A stretch of DNA of 45,138 bases from Porphyridium purpureum (GCA_008690995.1 VRMN01000006.1:930001-975138); one strand, 5' to 3'. Positions 31,296 to 43,169 are shown, numbered from the stretch's first letter. Program-made: numbers and translations. The notes: generated by a model not told the origin, from the letters alone.

Positions 31296-32135
31296 ATGAT
31301 GGAGTTCAACGCGCGGCGTGCGCTGGTGGCTTGGGTATCGGCATGCGCGCTGCTGCTCCCCGTGGTTGCGCCTCGCGACGCGGCGGGCGCCCCGGGATGT
31401 GATTTGTGCGCGGACAACTGGTTGTTTATTCTTGCGGCGGGCGGCCGCTCGGGAAGCACGACCGCGTTGTCCATGTTCAGAATGATTCCCGGCTTCGAGC
31501 TTATCGGTGAGCACGCGGGAGCTTTGGAACGGGAGCTGGAGCTCCATAAGCAGTACACAGACCTGTCACACCCTTCGCTCGCTTGGTCTCACCCAAAGAT
31601 CGACATGCACGCTCTAAGCTGCAATACGCAGGAGCTCGTAAAGATCATGGTGTATGGCGCCGAGCGAGCAACGCGCGAGCCGCGAACAAGGGTCCTTGGC
31701 TTCAAGGAGATTCGCTATGTGTCTAGGCACATGCTTGAGTTCTTGTCCAAGGTATTTCCGTGTGCGCGCATAATCTTTACGGTTCGCGAGGTCGCGGATG
31801 CCGAAGTTCACGTGCGTAAATGGAACCAAACGCGGCTTCACCGAGAGTGGGCAGAACAAGCACAGATGGCGCAATCGGTACATAAACGCTTCCCGAAGAC
31901 AACATCCATTATGGCCGTCGAGCATTTATCGGTGCAGCTGTACAATGATGTGCTGCATAACTTGCTTGGCGTGCGGAACTGCTCGTTTAACAGCATTCTC
32001 GGTGCAAATCTCCACGGATCATATACCGGAGAAAACCCCCACGATAATCATGCAAGAGATCTCCAGATTGAGCGGGACCGACAAACTCACCTTGATGGCG
32101 ATTGTGATCTCTCCCACCTTGACTTTCGGCTCTAA
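31296..32135 (+). CDS. Sulfotransferase-family protein with N-terminal signal/anchor
   Basis: Hydrophobic leader ALVAWVSACALLLPVV; FILAAGGRSGSTT (5'-PSB loop), F.LIGE, VLGFKEIRY, FPCARIIFTVR. Confidence 0.7.
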   Translation: MMEFNARRALVAWVSACALLLPVVAPRDAAGAPGCDLCADNWLFILAAGGRSGSTTALSMFRMIPGFELIGEHAGALERELELHKQYTDLSHPSLAWSHPKIDMHALSCNTQELVKIMVYGAERATREPRTRVLGFKEIRYVSRHMLEFLSKVFPCARIIFTVREVADAEVHVRKWNQTRLHREWAEQAQMAQSVHKRFPKTTSIMAVEHLSVQLYNDVLHNLLGVRNCSFNSILGANLHGSYTGENPHDNHARDLQIERDRQTHLDGDCDLSHLDFRL

Positions 32136-33635
32136 GAAACGGAGCTGGTGGGACGAAAGGAGATCTGGCACTTGGTGGCCTCTGATCGCCATGAAAGGCC
32201 TAAAGTGCGAAAAATGAGCTTGTCAGAGGGCATTTGAAGCAGGTCACACCAACCTGCTCTATCGTGCATAGGATCAGCGTGGGGCATAAAACGTGATTCC
32301 GCAAAGACCGGCGCGCGTATTGAGCGTACTTTTAAACGTAGTTTCGCAACCTTTTTGATCGCTCCATGTGCTGACAAAACCGCCCACGATAGTAATAATC
32401 ATGCTCCAAAGCCGAGAATGCGAGTCACTTTCTGCTTTTTTTGCGCCCATGCAGGTGCCAAAACGTGCAACGCATCGGTCTTCGGCTCATCTGTGCAGGA
32501 TCAGGGAGAAGCAAGGGTGTTCGCTGCCGTTGGCGATATTTGCTGTTTTTGACAATGTGAGAACATGTCGTCTCGATTCTGGACTGGCCATAACATGTGA
32601 CACAATAGGAGTGGTAAGAACTTGCAAGAAACCAAAATGTCCATTCGTCGCTGCCACATTGGACGCGCACTGGAAAGTAGCAACTGTTGGGCGCGTATCA
32701 CCAGTCGAAGAACGCAAGGCCATGAGGCCTAAGGTATGGATGCGAACGCGTGACAAGCCGCAGTCGCGCGACAGAAAGGTGAAGAAAACGAATTGGCGAG
32801 GGCACAAGTTAAGCTGTAAAAAAAGAGAAAGAATCCGGTTGCCACCGGATCCCACACTCTCGACCAGTTCGAGAGATGACGCGCAAGAGCAACAAGCACA
32901 GACCGAAGACCAAACAAGGTCTCCTTGCCTCTCGTGCCGACGTGAGCAAAGCAACTGCTTTTTCATATCGCCCCCAATACGGCGGCTGGCTGCAACCACC
33001 GCTTGCCCCCAGAAAGACGCTGCGCACGCTGCTGGTTCGAGCGTGTTGGTTCCACCCTGCGCGTGGCCAAACCCACGTCGCCATAGTAGAGCCGTATCGT
33101 TTACCAAGAAGCATGCGCCGATTTTTATCGTGCGCCGAGCGCGTGCTTGCACATGAATCTCACCACTGGACGCGTGGCACACTGGACTCGTCGCCGATTC
33201 GCGGGCGTCCGGAGCGAGCGCGCGCCGTGGCCCTTCAGGAACCCCGCGGTTTGGTGGACACGCATCGGCGCTGCGATGAAAATCTCGAACGCTGCTGCGG
33301 CTGCGCGTGGCACCGTGATGGCGCGTTCTGCGCGCGAGCTGTGGAATCGCCGCGCGCACCGTGCGGCGATGTGCTCTGCTGGCGCATTTGCGTGAGGTCT
33401 GGGATGACGCGCTCGCGTGTTTATAAACGCGCCGCTGGCGCGCGGCAGTCGGTCGGTCGGTGCCGGGGAGGCGAGAGGAAGGTGGAGCAGCAGTGGTGCA
33501 AGGTCGTGGAGGGGTGGCAGTCGAACGCACGACAGGGCTAGGATCGGGGAACGGAACGGAAAGGGCTTCGGTGAAGGGCATAGAGGCGCAGCGTCGGTGT
33601 TGGTGTGGCGGCCGCGCACTACGGTGGTGTAGAGG

Positions 33636-34703
33636 ATGGCTTTGTTGAGCAAGGTCGGCGCAGCCGCGTGCGCTCAGCATCCGCGGCGCGCAGCTCCGCG
33701 GGTCAGTGTGGCAGCCGTGCTTGTTGCTGCGCTTGCGGTGCTTGGTTTGTTCGCCAAGGCAACTGGTGCGAAAGCTGGCGACGACGCCAAGCGTGATGAC
33801 CCGGCGCGTGCGCACACAGCAATCGAGCCGTCGTCGGATCGTACGGCTAAGATCAAGGTCCCGAATGCAGACTTGTTGACCAGGGACCTAGAAAAGGATT
33901 CGCTTCTCGACGTCACTGAGCGTCAATTTCCACGTGGCAGGCGCTGTGAATTCTGCTTTGAAGACGAATTTCCGTGTAATACTGGTCTCACATGTTTTGA
34001 CAGCTTTTGCCTAGGGCCTTGGGACACTCCTCGAAGTTGCGAATCTGGGTGTTGCAGGTCCTGTGGATGCGCTGCTAGTTTCGACTGTCAAGTGAGTATT
34101 GGCAGTTTCTGCACTGATGATTGCGAGTGTGAAACGAGCTCTTTGTGCATCAACAGCTTCTGCGCCCGGACTGATTCAAGAGTCCGTTGTGAGTCGTGCG
34201 AATTCGATGAGAATTGCGCCGGCGAGCTCACTTGCATCTTTCGCAAGTGCGGGCTGCCCGCGGATTCGCGTGAAACATGCGAATCTGAGTGTTGCCAGTC
34301 CTGCGATTGCTCTTCCAATTCCGTTTGCGCGCAGAGCGAGGGCCAGTCGTGCTCTTCAGACTGCAACTGTCAGGGGGACCTGGTGTGCAATAATGGGATT
34401 TGCGGAGATTCGGTGCGGACTGAATGTGGGACGCCGCAGTGTGCTTGCATCGAAGAGACCGGGTCGCAATGCGCGCAACCCGTCAACGGAGCGGCGGAGG
34501 GACTCTGCGAGTTTCAGGACTGCGCGGCGTACAAGTGCCTGTGTGAACAGGATGTTGCCGGTGCGGCGGATGTGTGCGAGTATGTTGCGACTGCTGCATT
34601 TGTACCTACTGGAACACAGGACGAGCAGGGATTTGTGGAATGCTCGCTTGGATTTACGAGCGTTCTGAATCGTGTTGGAGGAAGTGGTGCTTCCCCCGTA
34701 TAG
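33636..34703 (+). CDS. Cysteine-rich secreted/cell-surface protein with repeated C-x2-D-x2-C-x3-L-x-C modules
   Basis: 355 aa; hydrophobic signal/anchor VSVAAVLVAALAVLGLFA; internally duplicated Cys modules (CESGCCRSCGC / CESECCQSCDC). Confidence 0.8.
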   Translation: MALLSKVGAAACAQHPRRAAPRVSVAAVLVAALAVLGLFAKATGAKAGDDAKRDDPARAHTAIEPSSDRTAKIKVPNADLLTRDLEKDSLLDVTERQFPRGRRCEFCFEDEFPCNTGLTCFDSFCLGPWDTPRSCESGCCRSCGCAASFDCQVSIGSFCTDDCECETSSLCINSFCARTDSRVRCESCEFDENCAGELTCIFRKCGLPADSRETCESECCQSCDCSSNSVCAQSEGQSCSSDCNCQGDLVCNNGICGDSVRTECGTPQCACIEETGSQCAQPVNGAAEGLCEFQDCAAYKCLCEQDVAGAADVCEYVATAAFVPTGTQDEQGFVECSLGFTSVLNRVGGSGASPV

Positions 34704-35172
34704 TCGATGTCGCCCGAGTCCTAACCACCAGCAAGCCCCTGGCCGATGCTGACGCGATTCGTCGTGCAACTCACATGACGACGCTGATTGACGGCTACCT
34801 CTCATGATGCTCTCTGATGTATTCCGGTCCTTGAACGTGCACGCCCTTCCACGTCGCCCCTCATCCTGCAGAAAGCTGCGTGCTTCACCTTAAATGGACA
34901 GATGCGAAACAAGTTGTCAAACAAATTACGTGATCTTCTGGGTAACCCAATGCGAAAAGCCATTTCGAGTGCAGCCCTACGCCGAGGAATAGACCTTGGA
35001 TCGAACGCCTGCGTATCCACGCCATCGCTACTCCAACCGAGGAAAGGCGTCCCAGAAATCGGAAGTTCTGTGCGTGGCGAGGGCCTCGTTTTCCGCCATC
35101 CTTTCTCCTCTTGCCTGAAACGCCTCTGGACACTAGGACGACTGACTCGATCTCGTTTCTCATGAATGGATG

Positions 35173-35228
35173 AGCCCGATAAGCCCGATAAGCCCGACAA
35201 GCCCGCGAGCCCGGCGAGCCTGACGAGC
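35173..35228. repeat. Degenerate 9-bp tandem repeat (AGCCCGATA), ~6 copies
   Basis: Read directly from the sequence. Confidence 0.8.
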
Positions 35229-36058
35229 ATCGCACTGCGGCCAGCGGACGGACAGGATTCTAGTGAGAGGGAGATGGGGAGCGCGTGTACTATGTCAGTA
35301 CGGAGCGACATCTGCGTGCTGATTTTTTATGCACCAGTGCGGCAATCATCGTTTTAGCTGGTGCATGAGCTTCGCGAATGGTGAAGAACTGAGCATGTCT
35401 GGCGACCAGTGCCCGGCGCATAAAAGTCGCGCTCGCGGATTACGGTACAGGCAACATGCGGTCGTTGATGGACGACCTGAAGTACATGGGAGTTTGGCCT
35501 TTTTGGATAGCTTGCAAGACATTCTGGACGCGAAAGCGATCCTCTTGCTCAGTTTTGGGATTTTTAGTGTTGCAACGCAATACCCCGAGGAGATCGCCTA
35601 CGTCCATGTTCTCAAAGATTTTATGGTGCACTCTGATCAGCCATCCTCGTGGATCTACGCCGGGATGTACGGGCTCTTCGAAGCATATCAAGAGTCACCT
35701 GGTATAAAAGGACTGGACGTATTCCATGGTGTGATTCTCAGGTTCAGTACAGGAAAGAGCATGCTCGGCGTGTCCCGCACGGGCTGAAACGCCATTCGGC
35801 TGGATCGCAGAGTTCCAAGCGAAGAGCAAGGCGGTCCATGTGCACGAATCCGGTCGCGCCTGTCGTGCAGCCGGACTTTTATTCCTTTGTGAACTCTGGT
35901 CGATTAGGCGACGCAGACAACGTGGGTCAAATGGCAGTAATCTATACTTTGCATGGTCAACGGCGGCTTGCTGCAGCTGTACTGCAAGATATTGTTCTCG
36001 CCCATACGTGTCACCCGGAAAAGCCAGATGACGCTGGACTAGAGCTGGTCTGTGTTTT

Positions 36059-36103
36059 TCTGTGCCACTCTGTGCCGCTCTGTGCCGCTCTGTGCCGCTC
36101 TGT
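36059..36103. repeat. 10-bp minisatellite (TGTGCCGCTC)x4
   Basis: Read directly from the sequence. Confidence 0.9.
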
Positions 36104-37998
36104 CATTGCAGCAATTTGAGCGATAGCATCTGTTTTTGCCTCGCAACTACAGCAACTGGGAAAGCGGTGAGGCAAAACTCTAGTGTATCGGCGTAGAGCC
36201 TGTCTAAACACGCGGTGGCGTGCGGGGACTCGTGCGAAAATGACACGGGCAACCTGCTCGTGACCAAAGGTGACCATTATGGCGTTCGTGAAAAGCAAGG
36301 CATTATCGAGGTGCGTAACTCGGGACACCCTGTCATGGTAATCACGCGACACTATGATTTTTCTGCTGGCCACGGAGTATTTCTGAACGCCCCTTTTTTT
36401 CGCCGTGAGCGCTGAAAAGCTGCTTCCATGTCCAGCGCGCTCGAGAGTACAGCCGAAATTCTGTTTGTGCCACTTTGCATCGGCCGTGGCAGAGGGCTGG
36501 TTCGCAAAGCACCCACATGACACCAATCATTGTTTGTACTATCCATCGAATTTATCATGCTGCCAGGACGACTTGGATGACCATGTGTGGCGACGGTAGC
36601 CTTCAATTCCGTGGACGTTAAACAGCAGATCACTTGCGGAAGTGGAGATGTGGAGTGCGTACATGCACGTGACAGGCGCGACTGGACAGGCAAAGTCGGC
36701 ATTGACGGTCTTTGGCAAGCTTCATGATCATCACGGTACTTCGCTCGACATGCCAAACTAACTGTTAGGAACAAATGTGCTGCGTTGCAGCAAATGGAAC
36801 GCGCTTCCGCCAGGGCTCGTGGCTGAGATACTTGAGTACATCCACTAGCACTTGATCAAATCTGATGCAGAGCCGATTCTGCATCATCGACACGCCAAGT
36901 ATGATGACCTGCTTGAGCGCCGCATCAAGAATGTGACCAGGCAAGGCGAGACCGGTCTTGGCCCCACGGTCATGGCGGGGCTATTTCAGGCCAATAGTTC
37001 GCGAATCAGGGTAATTGCTGATGAAATCCGCTGAACTCTTGAACTGCAAGAACGCGCCGATACGGCCGCACTTCAAGCCCGGAAGTCAGCATCGGATGCT
37101 CAGATGTTGCCTGGATTCTTTTCGATGTCCTTGTCTGTTTCTGACGTTGTGTCAAAATGTGAACCGGTATCAAAAGCACAGCGACGAGTGCAGGGGCACG
37201 CAAGTCACATCGGATGACCAGAATAATGGCAGGAACGCAATCGGCACAGCTCTAGAGGGAAATGGCCGGTTTCGTGTCGGCGGTAGCCACGCCGCCGCAG
37301 CATTATCGCTGGATTGCTTGTCCTGGTGCCCAGGGCTCAGACAGTCAGACGAACGGCTCGGATAAAGCTTGCAGTGGAAAGTCAAAATCCGAGCTCGCGA
37401 GCTGGCATTGAAGGGACCTGCATCTTCTTGTTCTGGTCTGGGACGATGAGGAAGGTTGGATTTGCAATTACCTTGTGCTTTGAGTCTTTGCTTCGCTACG
37501 CGGCAGTGCATATCTCGCGCTTCGAATAATTTGGACGTAGAACCTTGTAGGCGTTCTTGCGTGAGGTGGACCGATCTTCCTCACGAAGTCATTCAAAAGC
37601 ACAGGAAGGCTGTCGCATCCGCTGTGTCTTTTCCGTGAGAAAAGTCACTACAAGCAGCTTCGCCCGGAATGCTTTTTTTCTTGCGCGCTGAATCTGCTCC
37701 CGCGCGCGGCTATCCAAAGTTCATTCGGCGTGGTGGAACTGTGGGCGCTTCCGAGTTGCAGATGCGCAAGTTTGAGTAGGCGGCTGTTGTACCCGCGAGG
37801 CTGCGGTCGCAGCGAGAGCGACGTTTCACCAGTTGGGTCCACCACATTCTCATGTTGTCACTTATCCTTCGTCTTTGCTCGCGGTGACAGTGGTCAATGC
37901 CTTTACATGATTGTTATGATGGCAAGTTAAGGCATGTATTGACTTGGCAATGTCTGCAGTCTGTAATCCGGGTTTTCAGGATTTAGTATTAGCTACTA

Positions 37999-39541
37999 CA
38001 GTCCTGGCCAAAATGTTTGCAACACCCTCATAAAAAGTGAAATTCGTGTAAAAGTGAAGAATCTTGATAGACAAGGGTATGCTTTGAGCACGCCAATCGA
38101 TCGCGCGTCCCAAGAAACACGGGATCGTCCAACCGGGAGGAAAAGGCAAGGAAAGAGCGCATGGGCAATGGAGACAGCAAAAAGGGGGTATTGGCGAGGG
38201 GCGCAGGTTTTGGAACGTAACAAAGAAACACGAAGATCAAGAAGGATGAGACTTTAGTACTTGGTGTGGTGGCCGCGCGCGTCTAGTACAGCTTGAAGAC
38301 GGCGAGGCATGGACTCCAAAAGTGGAACTACGTACTTTTGGGCCTCGGTCGCCCACGCCGCAAGGACGGCAGCCTTAAGTTCTGCGACGCGCTGCGAACT
38401 GGCGGCCTTTTCGGTAAACCACGCGCGACAAGACGCCCCAAATGTTTTCAATTGGGTTAAGGTCCGGAGACCTTGCAGGCCACGGCAGCACAGTGACGCC
38501 GAGTGCGTCGAGCCACGCCTTGGTCGAGTTGGCCGTATGTGCCGGGGCATTGTCTTGCTGGAAAGTGAAATTGAAGTCATACATTTCCAGGCCGAACGGA
38601 AGCAAGGCTTCCAGCAAGACTTGTTGATACTTAACGGCATTCAAGCCACCCTCGACGAAGACGGCCATTGTTAGGCCGCGCAGGGACATACCGGCCCACA
38701 TGTGAACCTTGCCACCTCCAGAGTGCTGGCGCCTGGCGTACGAACTTGACTTAGCGCGACAGTCGACCCATCGCTGCGAGGAGCCGAACGGACCATCGCA
38801 GCTCCAAATCTTCTCGTCTGAAAAGACCACTTGATGCCAGAAAGCCATTGGTTTCGCAATGAATGCAGTGGCAAACGCCAATCGCTTTCTGATGTTGTCA
38901 GACGACAGCGAAGGTTTCCGCGAGACTCGCTTGTAGCGAAGAAAGCCTGCTGCTTGAAGCGTCCGACGCACTGTCCTGGCCGAGCACTGCAAGTGCAGCT
39001 CGTGAACCACCTGTCCGGACGTCAGTGCATCAACAGATACGGCGCGAATGATGCGGCGTTCCGATTTGCGACTCAAAAGCCGTTTCGGACCTGGCTTCTT
39101 GCGGACAATTCGGCGACCCCTTAACGTCAGATAACGGCTCACAGTTGCATAGAACGGCCGCGAGCGATCTGGGCGAGGCTTCAGAGCCTTCGCAATGGCT
39201 CGTACCGACAGCTCCTGGCCCGCAAGGGCGTCGATCTGCCCTTTTTTGTGTTCCAACAGCCACGGCGCCATTGTCCGGCCGTTGCGCGCTCACTTTCGAT
39301 CCGGAGACTCTCCACTTGCGCACGAGGAGATGGATCAGCCAGCGAAGATCCTTTGAGCACCTTCTGATGGTCTGGGGAAAACAAAAACGCGCGCGCCGCG
39401 CCTTGGTTCATCGTTATGCTTGATGTTCACAATGTTAAAAAAGAGTTAAAAGTAAACATTCAATCAAAATGAGCTCTTGTACTATAAGATCCAGTTCGTT
39501 GGACTAAAATGCAGATGTTGCAAAAATCTTTGCCAGGACTG
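37999..39541 (-). mobile_element. Tc1/mariner DD34E DNA transposon, family B, full length
   Basis: 26-bp TIRs CAGTCCTGGCCAAAATGTTTGCAACA vs CAGTCCTGGCAAAGATTTTTGCAACA (23/26 identical), with TA duplication at 37997-37998 and 39542-39543. Confidence 0.95.
38254..39271 (-). pseudogene. Tc1-family transposase with one frameshift near 38390
   Basis: HTH (LSVRAIAKAL), VVFSDEK, FQQDNAPAH-(D34E)-WPARSPDLNPIENIW; the canonical tail ESMPRRLQAVLDARGHHTKY is in another frame. Confidence 0.92.
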
Positions 39542-39891
39542 TACATTTTAAAACTTAGGTACCGATGCATGTGATACTATCGCTGTACGCCCCAACGGCG
39601 AGACCGACAGCGGTTCGGTCCCTGTCACCAGGGCGCCGCAACCGGTCTGGCTAGATGGATACGCTCCGTTGAGGCAGCTAGTCCGCCCGACGGCGATGAC
39701 GCGGGAGGGGGCGCGACCCCCTGACCTCCACTCGGGCGACCCCTCCGCAGGGCCGTGCCCGCACTGCAGACACGAAGAGCAGTGCAGAGGCTGTATTTAA
39801 GCGCCAGCCTCCTCTCACCTGGCGACTCGGCTCCACATGTATAGAGTCGAAAAGGAAAGGTCTTTGGGTTCAGTAAAAGGGTGGCCTCCTA

Positions 39892-41330
39892 AGGGGCGAT
39901 CAAATCAGAAAGGGGACAGTACCATTTTCCAAGTTTTACCAGTAAAATGATCTGCTTTACTATAAAAGGGAAAGAGGTCCGGTGAAAAGGGAATGTGGAA
40001 GAGGTCAAAACGGATAGGGGACACGACACAGTTCCAGCCATTACTCAGCAATGAAAGGTCGGAATTGGTCGCCCTTTCCTTGTGCGTATGCGCCTTGAAG
40101 ATACGCACAGTCAAATATGCGTTTCGGCAGCGACGCGTACAAATTGGCCATCACAGGCTGGTCCAAAGTCTCCCAAGCCAGTAAGATGGTATTTTTCAGC
40201 TCTAGCACCATCTGAAACTCCCTTGCACCCACGTAAACCTTGCGCGCTAGTATTCTCCACAGGTTCTCGATAATATTGAAGTCCGGCGAGTACGCTGGCC
40301 AGTCTAGAAGCTCCACATTCTTGTCATTCATGAAATTCTTAACCAGGCGACTTTTGTGCAGCAGCGCGATATCCTGCAGAAAAACCACGTTCGGGTCCAC
40401 CATCTGGCGGCAGCGGTCCAGCATGCCGTCATTCTGAAGCATGGAAACAGAATTGGCAGCGGCGAAGATACCGTCAATGAGTTGAAATTGCATATCTCCT
40501 GCCACAAAAATGGCGCACCGAACCGTACACCGACCGCCGCCCAAATGTCACGACCAAACGTTTGAAAGATCCCATGTACGCTCATGCCATGTCTTGTGGA
40601 AAGCATCTGGCCCATCCAGATTGCAAATTATTTCGTCCGTGACCGCAACTGTTGCCCAATTCATTCGTTCCAGCACATGCCGTCTTTTCAAGGCGAGCCA
40701 CGTGAGGTCGAATTTGAGTGTCACAGGTACTTCAGCTGGATTTCTCCCGCATGCATAGGTCAAACTCATTGCTGTCCTGATTTTCATTGAATTTAGGACC
40801 CGAATCAGACCGCAATTGCGCTGTGCAGCACGAATTTGACGGCCCTTATTTACGGGCCGAATCCTTTTGATATCAGAAGTCTTGATTTTTCATGCCTTTG
40901 TGCGGTTTGGAGCGTCCGCAGTAGAGGTACTACGTACGTGTACGATGGGAGCATCTACCTAGAACAAACCGCATTGCATGGAGCACCTAATTTGTGTCAC
41001 AACAGCTCTCACTTTTTGTCCCACTCCCAAAGGCCCTGAAAACGTCATATCTTCTCATCTGAGCAGTCAATATTGCGATGTATGGTGTCGAAATGAAGCT
41101 CTTCGCGAGAGTCGCTCGATGCGCTTTTCTCCTCTTCCTTTCCATTATCCTTTCCCGAGATATAAGGCTTCCCTTGACTGTTCCCTATCCCATTTGTGCA
41201 ACAAATTTCTTGCACTCCGGCACCATCCGCCCCGCCCCAAATATTGTCTTAGTAAAAGGTCAAAATGTAACATGAACTGTCTAATTTTTCTTAGAAATTC
41301 GACTTTCCCCTATCCGTTCTGGTCGCACCT
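39892..41330 (-). mobile_element. Tc3-like transposon family A copy 2 (degenerate)
   Basis: TA-flanked TIRs AGGGGCGATCAAATCAGAAAGGGGACAGT and CCCCTATCCGTTCTGGTCGCACCT; same length (~1.44 kb) as copy 1; LLDWPAYSPDFNIIENLW retained; NWATVAVTDEIICNLDGPD is degenerate. Confidence 0.92.
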
Positions 41331-42608
41331 TATTATATGAAGGCACACAGACCCGGACACGCCGACACGAGCGAAGGGCAAGCTGTAAATCGAGAAGGAG
41401 GACTGCGGTCAGGAGGGGAGATAGGGATATGGGGCCGCGAATTAGAAGGCGAAACAGCTGCGCGGCTGCCAGCAGGAGAAAACGAAAGTAGGGGTAAAGG
41501 GTGGGTTGCGCAAGAGTAGGAAATCAGCAGCAAAAACTCGGTCAGCATTGATACAGTTCCATGGACACTCGCAAGCAGGGTGTGCTGGCTTCGGGCCTGC
41601 TGCTCCCCTGCGTCCTCCATGTTTTCGTCGGAAGCACCCAGACCCAGGCAAGTGCAGGTATAGTCTACGGCATTGAGCACGATATCGCGGAGAAGAACAT
41701 CTTTGCCCTGGACTTTTTCGCCGGCTTGGGCATTGAGCCCAGCATCACGCTAGTCGCAAACGTGACAACGGCGGCGGCCGAGGATCCAGATTACCCAGTA
41801 CAGTGCATTGGATAGGTGAACAGGGTGACGCGCACAGGGCCTCTGTATGAATGTAGTCCGAGTGGACTGGCTTACGACGGCGACTCCCTTCTGTATTTCG
41901 CCTTATTTGACCGATTTGGCATGAAGGCATCACGATTGTGCTTGTCCTCATTCGAGACGGATTCGTTCGGGTTTGCTGCCACCCCTTGGCGGGACTGTGA
42001 CGGGCGCCGCCTTCAACCCGAATACGTACCAGTATGTGTGGATAGACCAAGGCGCGCTACAATCTGAGGGCCGTATTCTGGTCCTCCAGTTCGAGCGACT
42101 GAACAGAACGACGGGCTAGATTATGGAGCGAGTCACAAACACTATGTTCCGCACCGTGACGACGGACCCGAATGCTCCAGCTGCCGAGCTGCCTTTCACT
42201 TATCGTGGCGGAGATATAGCGATTGACGCTACCGGTATGTTGCACGGCAGCAGCGTCGGAACGGGCGATGGCTTCAAGTATTTCTTTTCCATCGACTTGA
42301 ACTATGCTGCTGGAGACCTCCGCACAACTCCCGGAACGCCGTACGCTTCCCGCCTGATCCACGCAGATCCAAAGGACTCCACTCAGGTGAGCACTTTGAC
42401 CAGGTTTGCAACTGCAGATCGGGAGGCATTTGACGCGGATGGGAGATTGATCAGCCAAAAGAGCGAGCGAGGCATCTTTAGTGTCGTGGACACTGCGACA
42501 GGCGCGAATGGTGAAGTGGGCGTCGAGGGTGTGGATTACGTCAGGCTGTTCCAGATGGGCACGCTGCACACGTTTGCAGACCTTGCGTCGGCTCTGGTCT
42601 TTGAAGCG

Positions 42609-42650
42609 CCGATGCCGATGCCGATGCCGATGCCGATGCCGATGCCGATA
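42609..42650. repeat. (CCGATG)x7 microsatellite encoding (PM)n
   Basis: Read directly from the sequence; the last unit is CCGATA. Confidence 0.95.
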
Positions 42651-42989
42651 CCATCACCGCCGCCAGCGCCAGTGCCAGTGCCAACGCCAGCGCCAGAGTT
42701 TTGCTGCTCCCCAGATGACGAAGGTGCTGAGTGCGACGTGGTAACACAATTGCCGGAAAATTACCTCGGACAGTGACGATGGGAGCTCGGATAGTGACGA
42801 TGAGAGCAAGAAGATGCCTACGAGCATTCACTACCTTTACGGTCGAGGTCGTGGCCTTGGTCACGGTCGCGGTGGACGTTCAAACTCAGGCTCCCAGTCG
42901 GACGCAGAGTCGACAGAGGTGCCATGCTGTCCGTGCACGTGCCTGAAACCGCGACCAAAGGCTCCAGCGCGTGGAAATGTAGGAAGCGT

Positions 42990-43169
42990 CAGGAGTGACA
43001 GGAGTGACAGGAGTGACAGGAGTGCCAGGAGTGCCAGGAGTGCCAGGAGTGCCAGGAGTGCCAGGAGTGCCAGGAGTGACAGGAGTGACAGCAGTGGCAG
43101 CAGTGGCAGCAGTGGCAGCAGTGGCAGCAGTGACAGCAGTGGCAGCAGTGGCAGCAGTGGCAGCAGTGG
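42990..43169. repeat. 9-bp tandem array, 20 units (CAGGAGTGA/CAGGAGTGC/CAGCAGTGG), encoding RSD/RSA/SSG
   Basis: Read directly from the sequence; unit variants occur in blocks. Confidence 0.95.

Noticed and set aside
32368..33815. Long overlapping ORFs (442 aa minus, 262 aa plus)
   Set aside because: Arg/Ala/Ser-rich, no motifs, overlapping the leader of the Cys-rich gene; typical GC-rich shadow ORFs.
42990..43169. Regular repeat array as a possible CRISPR
   Set aside because: Head-to-tail 9-bp units with no unique spacers; it is a coding minisatellite.
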